From assembly GCA_021432655.1 (NCBI GenBank), contig MU271454.1, positions 1 through 62,522 of the forward strand: 62,522 nucleotides of DNA. Direction: 5' to 3'. The first letter of the stretch is position 1, and each line of letters opens with the position of its first letter. Source of the stretch: Atractiella rhizophila. Lineage: Eukaryota. Position numbers and translations under genes: made by a program. Of this stretch, positions 20,873 to 30,288 are shown one piece after another. The notes under the pieces were generated by a model. It was not told where the DNA came from and did not search any database. It worked only from the letters and a program-made list of their open reading frames with translations.

Positions 20873-22700
20873 TACTCCTCCTCCCCCCTCAACTCTTCGG
20901 TGGGGGGTTCAAAAGGTGTAATGATCAAGTTAGGGAGGTAACATCGCACCACCTCCCGGTTCCTTGAGAGGGCATCTGCAATGTAATTCTCCTCCCCTGG
21001 GACATGCAACACTCTGAGGTCGACCTCAGGATGTTGTGCCAGGAGGAGCACTGCGTTTCGAAAGACCTTCGCTAACGAGAGCGGGGGAGAATGCAAAGAG
21101 AAAAGATCGACTGAGTTCATTGAATCTGTGAACAAGACGATCCTTCGATGACCTCTGGCTATACTGAAACGTAAAGCGTGAAGAACGGCGAGAGATTCGG
21201 CGAGGAAGATGTCGACGTTGAAAGGGACGTTGAACTGTCCTTGGAAGCCTATGTTAAGCTGAGGGAACCAAAACCCCACTCCACGTGGACATGCATCACA
21301 GTATCCTAGCAAATCTGCCTTGTTGCCGCTCCAATCCCTGTTTTCAATCCACAAAACACCGTCGGAGGTCTCAACGTAATCTGCTGCCCACTCCAAGTCC
21401 CTCTTGACAGCGCGGTTAAGAAAGAGAATTTCGCGGATCTGCGAGACTTCCCAGCCGTCTTCCGGTAAGAGGATTGGAGGGCAAAGCGTGCAAGGGGGAA
21501 GACGTTGAGGATCCAATTGAACCATCCTTGGATTCTCCACCAGTCGATGAGGGGCCGTTGTCTGCTGGGAGAGCGTACAAACTCTCGAAGAGAGTGTACA
21601 AACTCCGCTTTCTTCTCCTTCTCTAATGAAAGTAGAAGTTTTGCTGCGTCGACCTGAAACCCAATGATCTCTAGGCTTCAACCGTGGAGCTGCTTCTTCC
21701 AGTCGTATGGAATTCCCAAACGTTCCCACAGAGCAAGGAGTCTTGCTTGTTGAAGAGGAATTCGAATACCGTGGAAGGAAGTCATCGAACGACTATGCTG
21801 GACCGACCAGACATCGTCCATGAGATGCTGCACTGTGGGGATGTGGAGTCTCCTGTTGGCAATCCAGCAGACCAAAGAAAAGAAGGAGCACCAAAGGTAT
21901 GGGCTACCCGAGCTGCCGAATACCGCGAACCAATCGACGTAATATAGGTCGTCGATTCGCAGGACCTGTAATAGCTGCCACAACGGATGCATAGGCAGGA
22001 GGCGAAAAGCTGAAGACACATCTGATTTCCAGAGCAATAGATTGTCTGGTCCCCATAGACCTGCGTAGTGTCAAAGCCAGGGAATGAAATCGTGAATGTT
22101 GTCGTACCGAACTCGCACTTTGGCTTTGTCAATGAGGGAGTTGAGGGATGATTCACCGTAGGACTGATCCGTGATTATCCTAAACTTGGCAGAGTCCTTC
22201 TTTGGGATAAGACCCAACGGACTAGTCGTCATACCCGGTAATAGGTTTTCAAACGGTGGAGACCACCTCCCCTCCTGTAACTCTTCATCCCGCATTGATC
22301 GTAGAACTTCCATGTTGATATCACATGTCCCATGGTTCCTTCTTTCTTCCATGACCTGAGGCCTAGAGACTGCGTGTGGCCAAAACCCCTCCCGAAAACC
22401 TGTCAAGACCGACTCGACGAAGGCAGGGTTGGGATGGGAAGAGAGCTGCGACTCGAAGTATTCAAGATTGATGGGAGTCCAGACCTTGAACAGTTCGGGA
22501 TAAGCTCGAATAGTTGCCCAGGCCACAGGATCTTCCATAAAGGAGCGGGGAGGCCGAGGAAGAGGAGAGGAAATTTCGGAGGAATCTGCGGAAGGGTTGA
22601 CCAGAGATTCCTCCCCATGCCAGAGGAAGTTACGAAGATATCGTGGGCGAGGGAGATGATTCCCTTCACTTCTCCTTGACAACCCGTACCTTGGGACAAG
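20872..22700 (-). pseudogene. RT-RNase H of the YR retrotransposon, inactivated
   Basis: SPLGLIPKK, FRIITDQS, WKSDVSSAFR, MDD, CDAC, FTDSMN, HVPGEENYIADALSR; in-frame TGA at 22071-22073 and 21678-21680 and a frameshift near 21430. Confidence 0.9.
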
Positions 22701-23946
22701 CTGGCTCGCCTGCCCTATGACTCCTTCCCCCACAGACGGAACATTCGTGTTTTCTCCTACAGATACTTTCCGCTTGTTCGCATCGACCCTCATTCCACTT
22801 CCTGCAGGCTTCCTCCAACTTCTTGTGGGGTCGACCGGAGCCGCCTGGACGCTTGGTAGAAGTAGAAGCAACAGGAGCATGAGAAGGAGTCGAGGATTTA
22901 TTCTTGAGTCCCGCAACGAGGTAACGAGTAACGACACCGTTGAAATGAACGTGAGCGTAGTCGCCGATGGTGAGAGCAGGGGTCTGAGCAAGCTTGATGC
23001 GAAAGCCGTCATCGTATGCGAGAACTTGATGGTGGAACTCGTTTGGGAGATCTGTGAAGAGTCCGGTGATATGCTTGAAGTATTCTTGTAATCCGTCTGA
23101 GAGCATAGGAAAAACTGTCTTAACACTCTTCATGTAGAGGCCGTACACTGAGATCCATGCTCCAGCATCATCAACCTTCTCCTCCGCCATAATTCCCTCG
23201 ATGCTGAGCTCGTGCTTTCCCAGCTGGGCAAGGCACCTTCCCTCGCTGGTGGACCCATGCTGATAGGCTCGGGGTTGGGAGAAAGAGATGTATTCATTCT
23301 GCAAGAGGCTGTCGAGGTGGACTGATTTAAGCAGAGGACAGATGGGGGATGACTGAAGGTCGATTCTAGCAGTCTTAAGGTCTCGCCTATGATTAGCGAC
23401 CAATTCGAGCACTTCCTGAGCGAGCGGTGTGGGAGCCGGACCAAAGGCGTTAGCAACATCGGCCTTTCGCCACTGGAAAAGGCTCGTGACGGGCTTCTTT
23501 CTCCTCCCTCCCTCGTCGTCGCTGCTATCGTTCTCCTCACGAGCTCTCTTTCCACCGTATCCAAGTCTCGTGAGGAGATCTGGAACGGCAGGCTGGGAAG
23601 GAGGGTCGTGAGAACGTCCTGGAGTAGGGTTCGCACCAGCAGCTGTGGCAGAGGTGGTACCGAAGTTAGAGGGAAGATCCTGCGGGGGCGAAAGGTCGTT
23701 ATTCCTGGCCTCGCTTCCCAACGTGCGATTTGCATCGGACCTATCCAGTCCATCGATGTACACGCTTCGGTCATCCGGGATGAGATCTTGCAACTGGGCA
23801 ACCACGGCTTCTCGATCCCGTCCATCACCTCGCCCATAAGCGGAAACGAGCGCCACAGCATCAACAACAGCAGGAAGAGGAGCACGACCCCTTTCCACCG
23901 GACTCGTACTCTCTGTAGGAAGGGCGGCAGTGACATTCTCGCTCAT
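22666..23946 (-). CDS. Gag-like ORF1 of the YR retrotransposon with C-terminal Cys/His finger
   Basis: 426-aa ORF ending CRKWNEGRC..CRRKHECSVCGGRSH, the type seen in Ngaro ORF1. Confidence 0.85.
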   Translation of the reverse strand: MSENVTAALPTESTSPVERGRAPLPAVVDAVALVSAYGRGDGRDREAVVAQLQDLIPDDRSVYIDGLDRSDANRTLGSEARNNDLSPPQDLPSNFGTTSATAAGANPTPGRSHDPPSQPAVPDLLTRLGYGGKRAREENDSSDDEGGRRKKPVTSLFQWRKADVANAFGPAPTPLAQEVLELVANHRRDLKTARIDLQSSPICPLLKSVHLDSLLQNEYISFSQPRAYQHGSTSEGRCLAQLGKHELSIEGIMAEEKVDDAGAWISVYGLYMKSVKTVFPMLSDGLQEYFKHITGLFTDLPNEFHHQVLAYDDGFRIKLAQTPALTIGDYAHVHFNGVVTRYLVAGLKNKSSTPSHAPVASTSTKRPGGSGRPHKKLEEACRKWNEGRCEQAESICRRKHECSVCGGRSHRAGEPACPKVRVVKEK

Positions 23947-24614
23947 GGACTAGTGGCGGAGATGGGCGAAGACTGGAGGAGTTTATGGGGGATTGCGAAA
24001 TACGCTTGATAAAGGACTTGGTGGCAACTTCTTTGTTGAAAGCGAGAGTTGAGAGCAATGAGATTTAGATGGACAACGTATCTAACAGTAAAAAAGTGCT
24101 GTTAGCTTCAACGACGACATTGGTGGTTGCGAGTAGCTAACATACCTAACAGGAAAGGTGCTGTTCGACTTCAACGACGACGTTGGTGGTTGCGAGCAGC
24201 TGGACGGAAGGAGGGGTCCGATCGTGACCTCCTTTTGTAGCTGCGCAAGGGCCCCACGTCTTGTTAACAGTGCACCCAGCACTTTCAACAAAAACGACTT
24301 ATGCAAAAGGAAACGTGGTTTGTCAGAATGCTCGCCGTCGAGCTCCTGATCGAAACTGCATTTCCTAAGCTGACCGTCAGCTATGACCAGGTCGACCTGG
24401 GGACTCTGCTTACCTAGCCCGGTAGGTAGCGTAGAGGGAGACGACTCCATGGACGCGAAGCGCCAGCAGTGGTGTTGTGAGCGAACGTCCCGGACGCAGC
24501 ACGTACAACTGGTGTAATCCTTGCATTAAACTCGAAATATGAAATTACGAAAAGCTGGCAGCAAAACAAGCAAAAAACTGGTAAAAACAGGTTTAAACTT
24601 AAAATTCATTTATA

Positions 24615-24787
24615 ACACCCGTTGTTCCCCGTCTGACCCGTCATGGAAGCACAAGAGGGTTGACGGACGGGTAGCACCCGTCCGTTTATACCGTCCGTCG
24701 TCAAAAAATCAAAGTTGTGACGGTGACGGGACGCGTGGCCAAAAATGCCGTCCGTCCCGACCCCGTCACCCGTCTTGACAGTGCCGG
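24615..24787. mobile_element. GACGG/CCGTC-rich terminus of a probable DNA transposon or MITE
   Basis: More than ten GACGG/CCGTC motifs in both orientations, ending abruptly at ...CCCGTCTTGACAGTGCCG; no partner end found. Confidence 0.45.
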
Positions 24788-25229
24788 TGCAAAGCCCTAG
24801 ACCCGAGAGCAGGACCCTTTTGAGGCGTCCACTGGAACTCCTCCTCAAGGGAATAGCAGCTTGATGTCTCTCGGATTGCCTTTCTATCTCATTCCTATGA
24901 CATTCACCATCAGTTCACGCTTTGCTGTGACGTCTATCTTTTCTACTCCAGCCTTGATAGCACGCCACCATTCAACTTTCGTTCAGGTTATCTGACGGAT
25001 CAATGCGGTTCCATTTCAGGGGGAACTGTCTTCGCCTTTCGTGTTCAAGACTCGTTGCACGACCTGTATCTGACTTGGTTTCGCTCTAATTTCCTGTGGG
25101 ACTTCGTGGTGAAGAAGCATATCCATTTCTGGACTCGACTTCTTATTCAACGTCGTGTTCGTTCCTCTGCCTTTTCTCGCTTGATCTCTGGAAGACAGGC
25201 TGTCTCGCTGCCCTCGTCGCACTTATGAT

Positions 25230-26308
25230 CAAGCTGGTGCGACCCTGCTCTTACAGTCATAGCACAAGGACCTTAGTGTTTGGCTGGACGCACGCTATAG
25301 AACCGCTCTATGCGATGTCCTTGCCCTTAGAGATGAAGGTACGAGAGCATTGGTTCATTTTGGGAGGCCGCATCTTTGCTTTCATAAAAACAGTCACTCC
25401 GATGGCTACAGACTCACTTGGAGGAGCTTCACAAAGCATGCGACGAATTGCAAGTTCATCCTTGCAGGTGGAGGGCAATCATCCGTCCCTAAAGTATGTG
25501 GACCAAGCTGCCTTATACCTTCGAAAGTTACGCTCCATATGAAGCTGCTCTTCGCAAGATCACATAGACGATTGGGACGACGGCGTCCTCAGCCGTCGCT
25601 CCACGGCACGAACGCTGGGAATTGCTATTGGAGCCAAGAACAGTGGGTTGGTATCAGTGGAGTGGACGATCCTGCTGCGTGGAGCTTGGATGCCATTTTG
25701 CGGTTTCCGCCAGGCCGTATGACGACGTCAAGTACGCCTCTTCTCGGAATGTCAGTTGTACGGTGGGCAGCTCTTCGTTCATATTGCCATTGCCATTACT
25801 TTTCAAAACGGTGCCAGTACAAGCAAACTTTCTTCACTTGACGGAGGGGAACACTTTACGGCCACGCTAGTCAAGCAGATGCTCCTGAAAAAGGCATCTC
25901 CACGATGAATGTCTCGCCTTGGCACTCCAACGATATGTGTCAAGCTGCAAACTACCAAGATATTTTTGATGGCGTCTGCCGACACCTCAACGTGACCTTG
26001 TATCTGTACTAGATAAGCCAGTGCCGATATGGACACATCATTGCTCATTGCAGCCCTATGACTCCTTCAGTTCTGAACATGAAAAGATTCATGCTTTGTT
26101 AGACGCAACAACTGGCTCCATCTCAGGAGTCACTGATGCATCTGTCAGTGCGGCGAAACAATTTACTGCAGACATCGGATTTAAAAGTGTTTTCTCTCGA
26201 CCAGAAATTATTCTCTCGATGGGGTCGATACCCCAGTCAGTTCGTTTGAAAGGCTCGACGGAGAATGGACGAAATTATGCAGTGTTCACACCAGTTCATA
26301 ATCCATGA
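25230..26308 (+). CDS. hypothetical multi-exon protein
   Basis: Protein-like ORFs 25096-25542 and 26021-26308 with a GTATGT donor near 25494; no family recognised and the structure is uncertain. Confidence 0.3.
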
Positions 26309-26862
26309 TTGTTTCGCCGTGTTTATTTCGTGGCAACGATGTTCTTTTTGGTGAACGATATAATTTGTAGATGGGTCCATCCCAGTAGTTGGATCAATAC
26401 TATTAGAGAATAGTGGTGGGACCCAGAGTAGGCAAGTGCTCGCAGACCTCACCAACTTGATGACGCGCCGTGCGTAATCATAAGCATGGTCCTTTCAGTT
26501 CGGTGACTTCAACCTTCGAATAGGTTCTCTCAATTCACACCACGGATTGCACCCTATCACGCGACGAGAAACTTGATAACCACGGACATTAAAGCCTTCC
26601 CGTTTCAATCCAGGACCAGAGATATACAACGCTGAGGTAGTCACCCATGGAGGGTGTCGGGCACCGCCGTGTGCTGGTGCTGGACCGAGGTATACATGAA
26701 AGATGGTCCCTTGAGATGAACGTTCAGGTTGACGACATTGGAAACGCAGAACCTCAAGCTAATTGAAATTGACACATCGCAATGGAGCACACGTAAATAT
26801 GATAATCACGCTTCCAATTCATCCCATTGTTAACTTATTTTGTTTTCGGACTTGTCCATCCT

Positions 26863-27687
26863 TCAAACAGTTCCGCTCTGGGCGATCGTGATGGTTCCAG
26901 AAGTTTTGCCGCTGGAAGATCCCTTCGACTCGACCTTCTTGACGACGTCGAGTCCCTCGACAACCTCGCCAAAAACGACTATTCCAATCATCAGCCTGAC
27001 ATTCGCATAAAAGGACATAGATACATACCGTGCTTGCCATCCAACCAGCTGGTAGGAACAGTGGTGATGAAGAACTGAGATCCTGCGGGTTTACTCAGCC
27101 ATTTGACCCGGTTCATTGAAGGGAAGCTGCATACCATTAGTGTTAGGACCAGCGTTCGCCATGCTGAGAAGTCCGGGCTTGGTGTGCTTGAGCTTGAAGT
27201 TTTCATCGGCAAACTTCTCTCCATAGATGGACTTTCCACCAGTTCCGTTACCACGGGTGAAGCTGACAGACCCTTAAGCCCTTCATCAACTCATGGGAAG
27301 AAATGACGCACTCTCCTCCCTGAAGCATAAATTGAGGGATGACCCTGTGGAATGAGGAGCCCTGGTAACCGAAGCCGGGAGCACCAGTCGCCAACTCCCT
27401 GAAGTTCCTCTACCCCACCACGTTTCAGCACCGTGGATCAGACGTGTTCAGAAAGTGCGCACAGCGGTCTTTGGTACTACATCGTCGTACTGCAAGTAGG
27501 ATTCAGCATCTCCTCTCAACGCATAATGAAGTGGACACACCAGCTTGAAGACGATCCTTCCTGCGGGAGCACCATCAATGGTGATATCAAAATACACATC
27601 AGCCATTCTTCTGATTGACGAAGAGGCAAAGCCGCGAGATTGTTGGAAGGTACGGAAGGTGGAAGAGAAGGTGCCAAAACGATTCAT
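26863..27687 (-). CDS. CPR1: cyclophilin A-type peptidyl-prolyl isomerase with N-terminal mitochondrial presequence
   Basis: Spliced reading [117 protein letters not shown]...SGTV*. Confidence 0.96.
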
Positions 27688-28150
27688 GGTTGATTTTTTT
27701 GGTGTTTCGAGAATGTTGATCGCAGATTTGCGAAAGATCGGGGAAAGTCAAGTGAAAGGAGATGAGGTATTGAGGTCAGTGAATTGAGCTTGCATGGAAT
27801 GGGAAACAAAGCTGCTTACATTGCTTTACAGTTACAAGTGTTTGCTACTCGTTACAGATGGACGTTTGAGGGGATTTCAAAGAAGGGGTCCCTCCTTTTA
27901 TATATCGATGGGATCGAGGTCGCATTTTGCAAGGTTCCGCTGATTGCGACTGATTGCGTCATTCAGCGTGGGACCGCGCACGTTCCACACGTGCCCCCAA
28001 AATCATATTTTCGATAATACGGAAATGCTGCAAAACCTCCAGAGTTGTATCAAAATGATTTCATTGGTTCGTTTGTAGCCATAGATTCTTTTGACTTATT
28101 TAATAAGGACGTTTCTGCTACTGTTTGTCGCATTTCCACAAGTTCATTGA

Positions 28151-29424
28151 TCAAACATGTTTCTGGAGCCATTGGACGCTCTCTTTGAAAGAGTTCTCCT
28201 TGGCAAACCTGTTCAATTCCATGTCAGATTAAAAAATAGCATATAGAGGGGGCAGAATACACACTTGATTTTTTCTTGAGAAAGGTCTCCCCTGACGGCA
28301 AACCCATGTTGAGTGCCCTAAACACTGCTTCAAATTGTACGTCTTAGATACGTTTGACAACTCACAGGATAGAAGTTTCTCTTGTCTGTGAATGGAGTAA
28401 ATGTTAGAACTCCCGAACAATTCTTGGGAAAGAACTCACAGTTCGGGTCATCCTTGAAAATTCTGTCGGCGTCCGCTTGATATTCTTGGTTCATCTGAAA
28501 GTCATCCTCCGCAGTGTTCCAAAGGATAGGGACATTCGCCTTTTTAATCGTCTCGAACTCGCTGGGGAAGTCAAGGAGAGAAGGACTACGCAACCGAACT
28601 TAGGTGCAGCTGAAGCAATCGAAAGTGGACATACTGATTCATCACGCCAGCCTTGATCTTCCCTTCCTGGGCCAGGAGAGAAACAAATTTACCTAAAAAG
28701 GAATACCAATCAATCTTGGGTAAGAGAGAAACCCAGGACTCGTCTACCGCCAAAACAGTATCCAGTCGCGCCAAAAACTGTGATTCCCTTTTCCTCAAGG
28801 CCAGCAATGACTTTCTTTATGATGGCTTACACGACCGAGAGTAAAATTAGACATGTTATAGAGAGAGTAGACCTGGAGGTGCATACCAAGGACGTCATCT
28901 ACCTTGTGCTTGCCCAAGAAGCCATGGAGGTCGAAGTTGGATCCAGGACTCAAGGCGTTGGGTTCAGCCGATCCTCCTTCAAAAAACATCAGAGTGGATC
29001 GAGGACAGGATGGAATGGACGAACCGTTGAAGAGATCAGGAGCGACGACATGGAAGCCATTGAGCGCGAAGTCATCGGCGAGAAGCAGGGCATTTTTGAG
29101 CTGAATGCCGAAAATCTGTTCGTCGGTGTTGTCAGCGATGGCCCACTGTGAAGATTAGATCCACTTACGTCGGTGAGCAAAAGAAGAGCTTTATCCTTAG
29201 GGTATTCCATCTCTGGGATCGCGATATATGAATCAACACCATTGATCTGTGGATTGTTTAGCACAGATCATCGTATTGATAGAAGAAGGAGTCAAAATCA
29301 CACCTTTTCGACCTTCCCCTTTGTTTCTCCTTCATGACGGACGCCAGAAACACTGATGTTCAGGATGATAAGCACTTTATAAGGTCGAACACAGGATGAC
29401 AAACCATTGCTTGCAGAGAGACAT
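28151..29424 (-). CDS. dienelactone hydrolase family protein (AIM2-like alpha/beta hydrolase)
   Basis: MSLCKQC..GVRHEG..; LLLLTD-IFG; GYCFGG nucleophile elbow; NTAEDD acid; HGFAVRGD catalytic His; many short exons. Confidence 0.9.
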
Positions 29425-29599
29425 GATGCTTCGAATACTTCTCCAGAACTATTCAGTGGACTGGACAAGTGGAAAGACGAGAGCTCACTTTATATACTCT
29501 GAAAGAAAGCAGACAGAGGTTTTGTGGTTTTGCCGCCACTTCCGCCGCTGATAGCATCATCCCACTCTGAGCACGTGCAGCTAAATATAGGGAGCTGGG

Positions 29600-30075
29600 T
29601 CAGGCTGGGCGGAGAATGAATGGAAGGCAGATGCTCCCTTCCCCTTCATGCCGTGCGGGGGTGCGGGTTCTGAGTTCTTTGAGTAGGGAGTGACGACGCG
29701 ACGGAGGTGATCCCGGAGCTCCCGTGCGCGAGTTGCTGAGGCTTGGAAAGCGAACCACAGAACATCGTTTGCTCATCTCAATACTCCGGTGCAGGCGCGG
29801 GGGGCTCACGGAGAGACGTTTGCCATTGAAACTCGCGTTGGGTGGTAACTTCGTCAGCACCTCGTAAAGAGAACGCGATCTCCGGGTTGCTGCAGTCCCC
29901 TCCGAGTCAGGTTGAATATTCATTGGCATCGGTTCACCTCCATCATCAATATATTCTATCGGGCACAAAAGGGGCTGGTTGGATCAAACCTGCTGCGATG
30001 ACATGTGTCTCAGCCGTGAGAAGTGACTGTCAGATAAGCAGAAGAGACATCGCATTGAGATTGAGCCAGGAGTTT
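29600..30075 (-). CDS. possible small hypothetical protein (Ser/Pro/Arg-rich)
   Basis: 122-aa ORF 29600-29968 with a possible upstream exon; no homology recognised. Confidence 0.25.
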
Positions 30076-30288
30076 TCATCACAGATCTGGAAGAACGACA
30101 AAAGCAAGCTAAAAACAGTGAAAGAATAAACTGGACTATGTGAAGAAAATTTTTAACGTAGAACTGAATATTTGTGGGGGTGATGATACAAATGTTGGCT
30201 TTCCTCGATTCAGGAATCAAATGAATATAGACGAACTCGAATCCAAAGTGCGAACCGGACAATCTGAACATACGTGAAAACCCAAATC

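Larger units (their letters stand above)
19740..24519 (-). mobile_element. tyrosine-recombinase retrotransposon (Ngaro/DIRS order): gag, RT/RNase H, YR
   Basis: ORF order and motifs as in the three features below; no methyltransferase domain seen (Ngaro-like). Ends are approximate. Confidence 0.92.

Noticed and set aside
23130..23936. 268-aa alternative-frame ORF inside the YR element gag
   Set aside because: Ser/Arg/Leu-rich off-frame composition and no motifs; likely a by-product of the overlapping-frame layout.
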